Part shown: in pieces, positions 36,358 through 53,441 of the stretch | Position numbering within the stretch: the stretch's first letter is position 1 | Layout of the letters: each line of letters opens with the position of its first letter | From: Paraspadella gotoi | Lineage: Eukaryota > Animalia > Chaetognatha | Reading direction: 5' to 3' | Assembly: GCA_051294375.1 (NCBI GenBank) | Contig: CM119263.1 | Span: 11,280,443 to 11,344,442, forward strand | Length of the DNA stretch: 64,000 nt | Program-made: the position numbers and the translations under genes | The notes under the pieces: model-generated | The model's database searches: none | Seen by the model: the letters and a program-made list of their open reading frames with translations, nothing else | Told to the model about the DNA's origin: nothing

Positions 36358-37783
36358 ATGCCACTTACGATTTTCATATTAAACCCACAAACTGCGGAAC
36401 ATATTACTAGCAGACGAATCGTGCGAGGAAAACTAGATAAACTTAAAACCTAATAAACTACCAATTAACAGAAAGACAACCAACAAGGGACAGATACCGC
36501 GGCCATCGAAAAGATTAGATTCATTGGAAGATCCAAGAGAAAAATAATCGGTGATTACGGTCCACACGAAGCGGGGTTGGTCACGAGACTTTGAATGAGA
36601 TACAGAAAAAAAGTAGTTACCTAACTTGGGACCGAGTAGCTCGAAATAATAATACAAGGAAAGAAATTACCCTTTATGACATAAGTCTAATTAATAAAGA
36701 AGCTCGTCAAGACTCGTTCTCCAATTTTGGCACTTGGTTTAGTCACATTTATTCATATCTCATGGTTAAAAAAGCTGACTTAAATTTTTTTGTGATTCTG
36801 ACACTAGATATAAGAGATCACTTACATCGATTGTGACAGACAATCAGAATAAAAAAATACAATCGAACAACGACAAGTAGGGGAATCCATCGGGAGGCGG
36901 TAGCAGATAATGATTTAGGGGCATGAGGAAGCGGTTTGAAGAGGAAAGTAGCAAATCGTTGAAGCGCCCAGTGGAAGTCGATGAGAGGAGGAAGAGACGA
37001 GTTTTCCATTAAAGTCGAGTCGCAAACGGGTAAATTAGAATTAAACCCTGAAATAGTTGAACAATGGGAGAATTTTTCAACAGTGAAAAGGAGCGGAGGA
37101 AATAGTAACAAGGGCAACTTTAGACCCTCATCCCCTCTCTATTTGTCCAAAAACATAAGCCAGATATATAAATATTTGATAAGGGTTGGTCATAGGTTTC
37201 AAAATACGAAAATTAAACTGTCCTACCAAAAACAAAAGAGCTCCTCTATCTTTAACAGTAACATCAGGGATAAATAATAAGGGATAGTTCAAAACAGTTT
37301 AACACTTAGACCCCAGATTTTTTAGTAGAATTCACGCTGATCTGATAGTTTTGAGCAAAAATCGTCATATTTTACCAAGAATAAATATATATTAGTAGTC
37401 GCGGATGAACTGTCTCGCGTAATTTTTTTAGAGAGCACCGCCTCTACAAAGTTTATTTATCAAAAAAGATGTTGGGATAGGATTTTCTCTCGGCCTCTGT
37501 TGTCAAAACATACTATCTTTGAACTTGTAACAGATTCTGGCGGTTGAGTTTACATCCTTGGCATTTAAAGAATACATGAATTCGAAAAATATAAAAATTA
37601 CTAATTTAAAATTAGAGAATGGAGACTAAGAACAGAGGATCGGCGGTCGCCGAACGACAGAACCGCGGGCTCCGTCGCTCTCGAAAGATTTAGTATCAGA
37701 GTCAAAGCAGAAAATGAAATTGGAAAAGTTTTACCCATCATAGAAAAACAACTAAATGAAGAGCAGCTGGATATACTCGGTGG
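36358..37783 (+). pseudogene. One or more interrupted ORFs of unknown function within the candidate element
   Basis: Successive coding-like segments in shifting frames: MPLTIFILNPQTAEHITSRRIVRGKLDKL, TDTAAIEKIRFIGRSKRKIIGDYGPHEAGLV, ORF 36591-36836, ORF 36981-37277, and ERFSIRVKAENEIGKVLPIIEKQLNEEQLDILG running into the gap. Confidence 0.33.
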
Positions 37784-37808
37784 NNNNNNNNNNNNNNNNN
37801 NNNNNNNN
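37784..37808. other. 25-N assembly gap (also 48153-48177 and 54846-54870)
   Basis: Counted N runs; exactly 25 N in these three cases. Other gaps of different sizes are at 42496-42603, 44480-44626, 44791-45059, 46019-46177, 52018-52027, 55443-55619 and 56616-56826. Confidence 0.98.
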
Positions 37809-40330
37809 CCTCTCCCTCAGCGGCCGCCTTTTATTTTTCTCCATTGTTCTTTTGTTGCTTTGTTCTTTTCTCCCTCCGTTTATGGCGCTCGAATGGGCCG
37901 CGGCCTGAGCTTAATTAGTCAAACTGAGAGCGAGCGCCAATAACGAGTTTCAGTTTTAAATCGATGTTCCTCGGATGGGAGGAAGCGTTTCCGAGCTGGC
38001 AAACACTTCGCCAAAGCCGGGTGAGGAAAAAGAAAAATTGTCTCGTCTCAAGTCGCCAGTCGTCACGACGTTTTTTTTTTCTTTTTCTAGCAGTTTTAAT
38101 TTGTTACGGAGGAAAGTCATCAAGAAGCAATTCCATTGTTCAAAACGCAATATTTTATTACATTCGCGACGTTCATTTGTTTTCAATTCCGCGTCGCTGT
38201 TCTCGTCGAAGCCGCTTTCGGCGCCGCCATCGCCCGTCATCTTTCCTTTCGCCTTTCTCATCTCTTCCACCCTTTTTAGTCCGACGCATTCATTACTCTT
38301 CATCCCACCCACCCTGCTCCCTTCACGGTCTCCTCCAATGTCTGGTTTCCATCAACGGAGGCAACAAACGGTCGCCAGAAAAACCGTAAAATCCGTCACG
38401 AGCCTTTTGTAACTTTCGGCGCCGCCGGACGAGAGCTTCCGCGCCGCCTCTTGTGAATTTCGGCTTCGTCCTTCGAAGGCTGCGGCGCCGATGCTCGTAA
38501 CAACTCGGCGTTGCGCGGGTTTCGGCGCCGTTCCTTCGCGTCATTCGGCGCCGAAAAAAGAAAGAAGGATAAATAAATTGTGGCGAAGCAAAGACGAGGC
38601 GGAGAAGAGACTGAATAATGAACGATCGACGACGACGAGGACGACGACGAACGAATCGGAAAATTCGCCAGACGAGTTTCGATTTATCGCGCCTCCAGAG
38701 TCAGATCCACGTGGATGACGACGACGACGATGACGACGACGACGACACGAAGACGAAGACGAGGAGCGACGACGATCACCACCTCCATTGAATCATACCT
38801 TACAATGTTTGAATAATAATGGTTGAGCAACGAAATAGTACCCGAGCTTGAATTTTTGGGCATGGTAAGGTAAAAACTGGTCGAACGCTGCTTATATGTT
38901 AACCCCAACTGCCACATCCACTTTTAAAACGGAATTTCCGAAATTGAAGAACAACCACAATCCATATGTTGATAAAAATTTCGACGATGGCAAATATAAA
39001 AGGATTTCTCCTTCGACTTTTTCCCCTTCAATCTCGAATTTAGGATCATTAATTTCGATTCTCTTAAAGTTGAAAGACTTTTCGAAAAAAAATCGAATCG
39101 GTTCTCGAAAACGCATCAACTACCGATTTACCCGACCATATTTTAGATCCAGAACGAAGTTCAAACTTCTTTCGCAATATCTACTCTACAACGTTGGACT
39201 TTAGACTTTAGAGTTTCGGAGTCTAGTATAATTTCGTGTAATCCCTCCCGTTTTTCAAAGTCTTGACTTCGCAATTTAATTCTTTTTTCATTTTAATCCA
39301 TTTTTTCCCCCCGACGAAGGACACTGGCCCTCGTCCCACGACGATGCTGAGAACATCATTTTCTCCATAAAATTACGCGGAATAAAGAGGGATTAACGAG
39401 ATGGGGGGAGGGAGGGAGGGAGGGAGGGAGGGGGGAAAGGAAACAGGGGGATGCATCGGCGAAGGGTCGGGGATGACACTCAACGCGGAGAAGCAGGTGG
39501 ATAGCGAGACCAAGAAAGGTTGAGAAGTACAATGGACGGGCTAAGAAAGGTGGTTGAAAGTGAAAGAGATTGAAAGGAAAAAAAAGACAAATAAAAAGAG
39601 TCGGTATATGAGGACAGTCGTGGGCGAGGGGGACGGATCGCAAATAATTCTTTTTTCTTCGAGTTTTTTTAAACTTTAGTAAGTTATGCGGTAATGAATC
39701 TTCGTAGGATACGTCACTCTCTACACATAGACTCTCCTTTGAAAAAACCGGAAACCAGCAACTTTTTTTCATTTAAAAAAAAAATTCTTTTTTTTGGTGG
39801 TAGAAAAAGAAGAGAGAAAAACTATTTTTTTTTGCTTAAGCGGCTGAGTAATCAGTTTTTTTTTTCCTATCACAGACCGAGGGGGGGGGGAAATGGTTGA
39901 ACAAGAAAAAAAATATGGTGGAAAAAAAATATTTAGTTTCATGGGCTAATGGTGAAGCTTGATGTGACTCGGAGGAGGGAAAATCGCGCCCGCGGAGACG
40001 CCGGTCGAGAGGGGAGGTAAGGTCAGAGGGAGCTGGAGTGGCTAAGGTCACGGAAAGATGGTGGGGAGAACGCATTCGAGCACGAGCGGATGAAGTGGGG
40101 CGATTTAATGTAAAGGGATCAAACGGGTTACATAGCGAACGGTTGCCGAGAGATGGGAGATGGGAAATGCGAGTGGAAAGAACAAAAGCTGGAGATTAGA
40201 TGGATAGAAGTTTCGATCATTGGTCGATATAGGTTGAGCCTTTAAATTAATTCTCGTGGAAAAAGATTGAATGTGAATTTAAAAAAAAAGTTTCAAAACA
40301 CCCGTTTTCGTTTATCAAACTCTGCGTCTA

Positions 40331-40360
40331 GACTCTAGAGTCTCTAGAGACTCTAGAGTC
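40331..40360. repeat. Perfect 30-bp palindrome GACTCTAGAGTCTCTAGAGACTCTAGAGTC
   Basis: The sequence equals its own reverse complement and is built from three CTCTAGAG units at 10-bp spacing. Confidence 0.9.
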
Positions 40361-42603
40361 AAGGCAGAAGACTAAAAGCTAGTGTCGGCAAACGCTGTCA
40401 TTCTCTGTGTCAGGGATGAAAGATCGAAGAACAAAAGTTGACATAAGAGGTGAAAGAAAAAGGCGGAGGAGAGAAAAGTCGGGAAGCCGTTGGAGCCGCT
40501 GGAGCCCGCGTGGGCGCCGGCTGGAGCCGCGTGGAGGCCGCACCTGCTGCCGTGTTGGACCGGCACGTGCGCATTACTGCCGGAGGTGTATAAACCTCCG
40601 GTGATCGTCGGTAATTGTAGTCGGTTTCGTCCGGCAGTAAAAAAGAAGGTCCTGGAGGAAGATCATTGATGATGAGAGAGGAATGGAAGCTGGGGAGAAG
40701 AGGGGATTTAATTTTGTCGGGAGGGAAAAACTTAAAATGCTGGAAAATGATGGAGAAGGATGAAAATCGGGGGGGAGGAAAGAAAATGCCAGAAAAATAT
40801 ATGCGTTTTCGTTTCCTCTGGTGAAGAGAGGCGAAGGAAATGTTGTGCGGGCTCTGCGTTGGCCGTTGGGGTTTAAAAATCGGAAAGTGGAAGGGATGGA
40901 AACAGAGTTCGATGAGAAAGTGATGAGTTGGCGAACATAGGCGGCGCTGCTAAGGACCGCTCCGTTATCAAAAATTGAAAACAAGAGTCATGAGTTTGCA
41001 AAGGGAATGAAGCGTTCGAAATCATGTTCGTGTAAAAATATTCCATAATGAGGATTCAAACCAGAGTTGTTTTAGGAAAATATTTAAAGGCAGATACGAA
41101 CAAAATTACAAATATCGTTTCCGAGACTGAGAACAATTTTTTTTTCTTCTCTCTTTCTCTTCCAAATAAATTTCTTCAAACATAATCTTTTCCCCATTTT
41201 TCTTCCCGGTTTTCAACTAAAGTTTTTTTTTTTTTAAATTAGATGAAATAACTTTTTTTTCATTTCGTCGTTTTATCCTCCATTTTTCTTCGTTTTTGTG
41301 TCTCCATTACTTCTTCGTTCTTTTCTCTCCTTCCCTTGTTCTTCTGTTTACTTATCCCTTTCCATCTCCATTCAGGATTTTCTTTGCTCAGATTTCCATC
41401 TTCCGCTTTCGGCCGATGAAGTCCCGAGGAACCGACGATATTGACGTCAAACGTGGTTTCCGTGCGAGGGGAATTGGGGGGGGGCGTAGGGGGGGGCAGG
41501 GAGGCTCTGGAATGATGACGGTTCCATTTCCAGACTATATGACGTTGTGAGATGATTTTAACTATGGCGATGTGAAAAGAATGAAAAGGAAGAGTGATAT
41601 CACGACCCGAGGATTTTCTTTGGGAAAATCTCTGATCCAAGTAAACTTCATTACGATTTAAACAGATGCTTGTACAATGCTTGTAACTGTAAACATATTC
41701 TCTCTCTGATACTTTCTTTTTTAACGATACTCGTAATTCGACTTTTTTCTTTCTTTCTTTCTTTCTTTCTTTTTTTTAACATCACCTATATTTTGTTTCC
41801 TTTCAAAAGTCGTTACACTTTCCCTATTTTTTTATTTTCTCTTCCCTCCCTTGGGTCCACCTCCTTTTTTCTCCTCGACGACGTCGTTCGTCGTCTTCGT
41901 CATTATCGTCTCTTTCGTCGTCGCCTTCGTCATTATCGTCTCTTTCGTCGTCGTCTTCGTCGTCGCTCTCGTTTCTTCACATCAGGACGCAGACAACAAG
42001 ATGTAAACAAACGACCCTTTCTACTCTTACAGCAAATACCCGAGTTTACAAAAAGGTAATGAAAGAAAATCCCACAAAAAAGTAAAAAAAAACTCTTCGC
42101 TTTCACGTCGCGTTTTTTTTTCTTTACGTTTTTTTTGTGTGTGTGAAACTATTCACTCCGCACAGTCTACAGTTTCACAATTTATCATTTTCTCTTGTTT
42201 TTTCCATTTTCCACGCGAAGAATTTTTTAGTTTTTCCTCTTTTTCCGTCGAAGTCAGCATTTTTTATCCAATTTTAAAGTTGTGGCATCGTATGCGGGTA
42301 TGCAGTAAGGTCGTGTTGCCACAGCATCCGAATGCGGCATCGCAAATGCGTTTTAAACGAAGCCAACGTGTGCATTAACGAAATTTTGCATTTGCTTCTT
42401 TTAAGAAATCGGATTAAATGATTTTAATGAAAACTTTGTTTTTCACAGTAAGGAGGAGGCACTACCAAATGGTGCTATTATCTCTCTCTCTCTCTNNNNN
42501 NNNNNNNNNNNNNNNNNNNNNNNNNNNNNNNNNNNNNNNNNNNNNNNNNNNNNNNNNNNNNNNNNNNNNNNNNNNNNNNNNNNNNNNNNNNNNNNNNNNN
42601 NNN

Positions 42604-42639
<36 letters not shown>

Positions 42640-43435
42640 GAATATTTTTAACCAGTGATTCATATTCAAAGCATGTTCCTGGTTTCAGTTGACTTCTCAC
42701 GAAGCTCCATGACTTTCTTTGCCTTTTTTTTTTCCCTCTCTTTTTCATTCAAAAAGTGAGAGAAGGAAAAAAATTAGAGATAAAAAATCAAAAAAGAAAA
42801 AAAGAAGGGGAAAGTAAGTGGTAGAAAAATCCGAGGGGAACAAAGGATTTCGCTTTGGAATGAGTCGCTGCGAAGGAAGAGACCGAAAACTCCAAGGACG
42901 ACGAAATTCCCGAAGACAAAATCCTTGAAATTCGTCGCTAATATCTTTTCGAGTTGGAACTTGGAAGACCCAGGAATTCCGATGCTCTTTTTTTTTCTCT
43001 CTCTATCTTTAAAAATTCGACTCCGTAAGTTTGAACGGTTCAACACACAATCGTTATCAACGAGTCGTCGCTAATCCTTTGGCGAATAATTGCACTCTCA
43101 TTAATTTTTTTTTGTTTCAAAAAAAAAATGTTTGTTTGGCCGCCTTCCAAACATCATTAAATTCAGCTTCTATTTTGATTTATTTAAATTTCAGATTCCT
43201 CTAAGAACAGCGCCACAAACACCGGAGAGCCGCCATCTTTATTCCTCCCTTTTTTCTCCTTTTCTCTCGCTTCTCTTCATTTTTCCCGCCTTTTCCCTCT
43301 ATCTTCCTCCCTTTTCTTTTTTTTTTCTCTTTTCTTTCTTTTTTCATTTCCCTTTTTTTTTTCTTTCTCTGGAGACGACCCGACAGAGTGGCGGGGTGAA
43401 AGGAAGACCGTCTCTGTCTCCTCGTTCATTAGGCG

Positions 43436-43514
<79 letters not shown>

Positions 43515-46343
43515 AGTAGAGCCAAGAAGAGCGTGGGATGAAGAGCGTCATTCGCCATTATTGTTCTCATCGTCAGGAAAACCTTCCGTAACGGTTGACC
43601 ATTGGTGAACGACTCACGCTTTGGGCCGTTTGCCAGACGATTTTGGCGCGGGGGAATCGAATGATCGACCTTATTCCTCAACCTGATTGCCGAAGATTCT
43701 TGGCGTCGCGGAAGAAAAACAGAACAGAGTCGTTTTGTTTTGGTGAGGATTTTATGTTTCGCGATTGCATTAGTGGGTCAGAGGCAGAAGCGGGGATAGA
43801 GTTCAGAACAGCCGTGGTCATGTCACGAATTTCCTTTTTCGAGGATGTCGTTACTGACTTAACTTAAGTTAAAACTACTTTTTTGGAAGAGTTCCAAATT
43901 AATTTTCAACAACGGTTAATTTCAATAAAAACGGATATGTTTCGGATTAACTACAAGCCTACTTTTTTAAACTTTTTTTTTTTCAATGTTTCAGCATCTT
44001 TGAGGCATAATCTCTTGTCAAAATTTCTCCAAACGTGGAATCATTTAATTACTCTTTGGGCCTAAGTCGGGGCGATAGCACCCCTAACGGAGCTTCGAGC
44101 AAATGGGCACCAGACAGGAAATGCAAATCGAGTCTCGCGTCGCTGACGCAGACGCAATCGTCGAAGCCGACGAGACGCCACGTTGCGTCGCCTCCCAGGA
44201 AATGTTTTTATTTATGCCGCATTTCTCGTTTTATTTTCGTTTTTTTTTATGTTTACTTCAAAGCCTTCTGTCGGCCTCCTAAACTTTACAGGGTTTTTAC
44301 AATTTTCAAATCTATCGCTACGAGTGAAGCCGTTTCTCGGGTCAGATTTGGATAAACAAATATTTTTGTTAATAATCGACTTTGGAAATAAGATATGTCG
44401 AATAAATTTATAATATATAAGAAATGGCTAAAAATTATTGGGAGATAAAACAATTGAAAAGAAAGAGAGGGAGAGAGAGNNNNNNNNNNNNNNNNNNNNN
44501 NNNNNNNNNNNNNNNNNNNNNNNNNNNNNNNNNNNNNNNNNNNNNNNNNNNNNNNNNNNNNNNNNNNNNNNNNNNNNNNNNNNNNNNNNNNNNNNNNNNN
44601 NNNNNNNNNNNNNNNNNNNNNNNNNNGAGAGAGATAGAGAGAGCTTTGAAGAAACTAAATCAAAAAATTCCGGCAGAAAGCAACAGACGCTGATGAGGTC
44701 AGCGATAAAACTTGGAAATCAAATATAAAAAATAAGATTTATATTTTTCCCTTCATTTTTGGTCTTTTTCTTTTTCACTCCCCGTTGCTTNNNNNNNNNN
44801 NNNNNNNNNNNNNNNNNNNNNNNNNNNNNNNNNNNNNNNNNNNNNNNNNNNNNNNNNNNNNNNNNNNNNNNNNNNNNNNNNNNNNNNNNNNNNNNNNNNN
44901 NNNNNNNNNNNNNNNNNNNNNNNNNNNNNNNNNNNNNNNNNNNNNNNNNNNNNNNNNNNNNNNNNNNNNNNNNNNNNNNNNNNNNNNNNNNNNNNNNNNN
45001 NNNNNNNNNNNNNNNNNNNNNNNNNNNNNNNNNNNNNNNNNNNNNNNNNNNNNNNNNNNCTTCTCCTCTCCTCTCCTCATTCCCCTTTCCATCTCTTTCC
45101 ATTCTCTTCCTCTCTGGCGTACGTTTTTCGTAATCACGCTCTGAGCCATAAACTCCATCGCTCCTTAAAAAAACAGAAACAGAAAAAGGAAGCAAAACAC
45201 CCGCCTTGTTTGCATATCGCGCTTTACACGCGTTTGCATAACGTCCTCCCCTCGTGAGTTTGCGTTCAAAAGCCCCAGTATCCAAGGCGACTTTCCTGCT
45301 CCACTTTCATGAGCTTTTTCATGGTGCACAGGCTACATCGCTGAGCAGTGAATAACTTTTCAGAAACTTACTTTTATATCGTGTGGTCGCATCTTTAATA
45401 AAGTTGAAATAGTAATAAGAGACAATAATGTCGTTAATACATAGAAATGGGAAAAGGGATAATATAATAATTTTAAAAAAACCTTCTGTTAAACTATCTA
45501 CACCCTGCAACACGCCAGTGGCTTCACGACACCAGAGGCGAAAATTGCGGGCGAATTTTAAATTTGAAACGTCGGGACTGGAATAACAAAAGCGCAACGT
45601 GACGAAATCAAAAAAGAGAGAGAAAGATATTAAAAAACAAAACAAAAACGAAACGGTTTAGGATGGGGATTCGGGAGGCAGGGGACGGGAATTGGGGATG
45701 GGGAAGGGCACACGAAAAGAGGATAAAACGAGTAAAGGGGGAGGCGGAGGAGGAAAGAAGGGTTTGGGTGATAGAAATGTAGGAAGGAAGGGAAATAAGG
45801 AAAAGATTTGAAAAAGAGGTTTTCATGAAATCGAAATTATAGATATAGTTGCTTTTAGAAAGTAAAAACTTAAATGTGTCATAGCCATGGCCTGTCGAAA
45901 GTCAGGTGCAAGATAGCTTACTTATTAAATGCATGGATAATTTTTATATTGGTTGTACCAGTTTCATAGAAAAAGTTTAAATGAAACAATACAAAACAAA
46001 GAAGAAAAAATATATGAANNNNNNNNNNNNNNNNNNNNNNNNNNNNNNNNNNNNNNNNNNNNNNNNNNNNNNNNNNNNNNNNNNNNNNNNNNNNNNNNNN
46101 NNNNNNNNNNNNNNNNNNNNNNNNNNNNNNNNNNNNNNNNNNNNNNNNNNNNNNNNNNNNNNNNNNNNNNNNNNNNNAATTAAGATTCAGACGTGCAATT
46201 CAAATGAGTAAAAAAAAGTATTTTAAGGTTATGTTAAAGAAAGGGATACGGTGGGATTGAACGGGAGAAGGGAGAAAAAGGAGAGAATGAAAAGACAAAC
46301 TCTCAACATCTTTTTTTTCTCGAGATAAAAGTCTGAAAATGAG

Positions 46344-50104
<3,761 letters not shown>

Positions 50105-50889
50105 AATCTCTCTCTTTTAGAGAGAGAGAGAGAGAGAGAGAGAGAGCCGCCCATTTTACGAGATGGGTGTGCCCCTTTTTCGGAAAAGAGAATGCCTGAA
50201 TGACGAGGAGATGCCACAATGAAGGATGAAACCTCGGAAGATATTAAAGATAAAATAACTGAAAGGAAAATAAAACGGAGGAGGAATGCGAACATAGCAC
50301 GGAAACTTTCTATCAGTTTCTAATGTGCAATACGGACGCGCGGTGAAATAGGAGAATCGCTCCTTTGAATTGTTCCATATTTTCTCGTGTTCCTCATTGG
50401 GGAGAATTGAATTTCCCGAAAGAGTGCCACGCCTACTATTTTACCTTTTCGTACGTGGAACCTATCCAGGCCGTTTCCAATTTCGAAATGAAATTGGAAA
50501 ATAGGACTCGTGGCAATTCCAACCCCAATTTGGGGTAATTCTTGTCGTGACAACACAAGTCGCGCATTTTTTTTTACCGCGATTTGATAAGGGCCTCTTG
50601 CGCGCAATCGTCTTCCAATCGCTAGGTTTTAGAAAGAATACTTACGTACTCGAAGCGCAAAAAACTTACGAAGATAAATAATACTATTAATAGACTTTTT
50701 CTTCGTCGTCGTCGCAACGGGAAGCAAAATTTAGGAAAATACCTGGGAAGTTGTGCAGATCACAGACGGGCGACACATCGGGTGACACTCTTAGCGAAAT
50801 CGGAGCAGTTTCCTCAAACCTCATGGGAAAATTTTATGGACCGAGGAGAGAAAAAGAGAAAGTGAGAGGAGAGAGAGACAGAAGAGGAA

Positions 50890-50968
<79 letters not shown>

Positions 50969-52171
50969 AGCAGAGGGAAAGTCAGACAAAAGCCACTGCC
51001 GCGTAAAAGAAACATTACCAGTTTCGACTCTGAAGTAAAAAAAAAAGGGGGAAAAAAGGGGAAAAAAGTATTCTCTCCGAACAGGGAGGAAAATCGGATT
51101 TCCTCTCCCCCTCCTCCAACACCGCGCCCCTTCCTAAGCCCGACGCTCACGTTCGCGACAACTGAAACTTTTCCTCGTCTCATTTATGAAGAAAAACACT
51201 CTGGGAATGGCGTCGATATTTCAAACCCCTAAAGTTTTTACGCGCGACTGGATCCCTCGCGGCGGGATGCTGAATCGTGAGGACGGAACGGGTCGATGGC
51301 GAAAGAGAGTTCAATAATTGGTATTCAATTAATTACTAATTATCAACGACTAATGATTATCTAAATGATTCCGTTGACCGTCACAAAAAAACTTGTTCGA
51401 AACGACTCGTCTTTCCTCAAGACAATTTTTTTTTACAATCCAATCCTTTTTTTTTTCTAATCCTGGGGATCATTAAATTATTAAAAATTAACCTGCTATT
51501 TGTTTTCATCTATATGTAGTAATAAAATCGGGTGTCGCAATCAAGCGCCTCCTTCGAAAACTCATTTCAAGCTCGTGCGAGGGCGTGCCACGTGACAACG
51601 CCTCCGCCAAGCGACTTTCTCTGCCAGAAGGTGTCGCTCGCTCTTGAGACGACTCCACTTTTTCGCGCGCAACTTTGACGAGAAGAAGGCGAAGCCGAAA
51701 TGGTGTCGCGGGATTGCGAAGCAACGCCCCCTTGAGTTTCATAGAAAAAGTAAAAGATGCGTCGTCGAAAGCAGAAATACTTTTAAAACTACTTCAAACG
51801 TGATATCACATCGAGTTACCAACTATTTTAGCTATTTAAAAGTGTCAGAAAATTAGATGGTCAATAGTTATAATTGACGTAACCATCGAGAAAGCCTTAA
51901 CGGGTCGGAAAGTGAGATTTAGGAAAAAGAAAAGGAGAGTCGGGGTTGAAACGAGATGAGGTTTTGAAGGCGGGTTGCGGAGTGGGCGGTACGGTGAGGA
52001 CGGTGGAAAGAAAGAAGNNNNNNNNNNGTTCCACTTAAAAATTGAAGGAACGAGGAACTTGGATAGGCGAAAGAAAAGAGAACAAGAAGATTAGAAAAAA
52101 GTGCGACGTAATAACATCAGAAGGAGTAAAAGAAACCAAACAAAAAATGAGACGAAGGAGAAAGGGATTTA

Positions 52172-52203
<32 letters not shown>

Positions 52204-52407
52204 AAAGAAAGAAGAAAAGAAAGAAGAAAAGAAGAGAGAAGAAAGAAAAAAAAGCCCTAAAATAGAAATATAAAAGGAAACAAAAAAAAAAATCAAACAA
52301 GAGAGTAGTAGAAAAAACAGAGAGAAAAAGACAAGACAGAGGAGGGAGGCAGGGAAGGTAAGAGAGAGAGAGAGAGAGAGAGAGAGAAGAAGGAGAGAGA
52401 GAGAAGA

Positions 52408-52456
<49 letters not shown>

Positions 52457-53392
52457 GGTGATTCGGCGTCGCAATCGCGTCTTTGAATTCGTGATAGGGT
52501 TGGGCTAAACAACAAAGTAAGAAGGAAAGGAAAACGACTTAAAAAGGAACTCGGACAACAAAAGGCTTCAAAAATATCTTGAGAAACATTCGCTTAGAAA
52601 TAAATTTATCTTACACTTGCCTTGAGAAGTAACTAGGGCAACATTTTTCTTTGGAAAAACTTGGATTTAAACATTGAACATTTAAACAAGACCTCAAGAA
52701 AGTCGTTCTCTAAATAAAAATACATAACACGAAACAAGTTAAAATAACAACTCATTTTATGAATTGAGGTGAATAGAGATTAATATTGTTTAAAACTCGC
52801 TCAAAACCTTTCGACGAAAAAAAAACATGAAAATATGAAAAAAGGAAAAAAAAAACGAGAGAAGAAATAATCTAAATAAAGAAAGAAAGTGAAAAGAGTT
52901 CGTATAATGTGATCCAAGTTTTCATTATCCAAGTGTCGGTAAACGACGAGTAATGATCCGCGGGAGATTTGCCACGCCCCCCCCACGAATGGAGAAAGCG
53001 TTTAGCTCTTCTTCGACGACATTGGTCTGCATCGAGAGGACGAGACGTCGCCCGCGCGCGTCGCATGCAAACAATTCGCCACGTCATTGTATGCATAAGT
53101 TGCGACTCTTGACTCTCGACGCGCGAGACGCTAAAGGATATTCATGAACGCGGGACCGAGGAACCAGTGACAAAGAAAAAAGTTTCAAAGAAATTTCGTG
53201 ACGCCTTGACGTCGTCGTCGTCTTCCACAACGAGAGTGCTGGCTTTTTGAACCATTTTGTGTTGAATGACACAGTGTAAATTATGAGAAGCTGATAAAAG
53301 GTAAGAATGTAGCGGAGTGGAGGAAGGTCGTGGTGGGAAGAAAATAGAAGATGAGAATGAACAGGGAGATAGAGAGAGAGAGAGAAGAGAGA

Positions 53393-53441
<49 letters not shown>

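Larger units (their letters stand above)
33611..37783. mobile_element. Candidate terminal ~4.2 kb of a Polinton/Maverick-like or other virus-like element, truncated by a gap
   Basis: Begins with AGTAGT exactly at the breakpoint with host sequence. A subterminal tandem array follows, then AT-rich DNA without microsatellites holding compact divergent ORF remnants. I did not recognise any hallmark protein (pPolB, integrase, capsid, ATPase). Confidence 0.4.

Noticed and set aside
53055-53110. Imperfect hairpin as a possible pre-miRNA
   Set aside because: Only ~15 bp of stem with a 5-nt bulge and a mismatch; too weak without small-RNA data.
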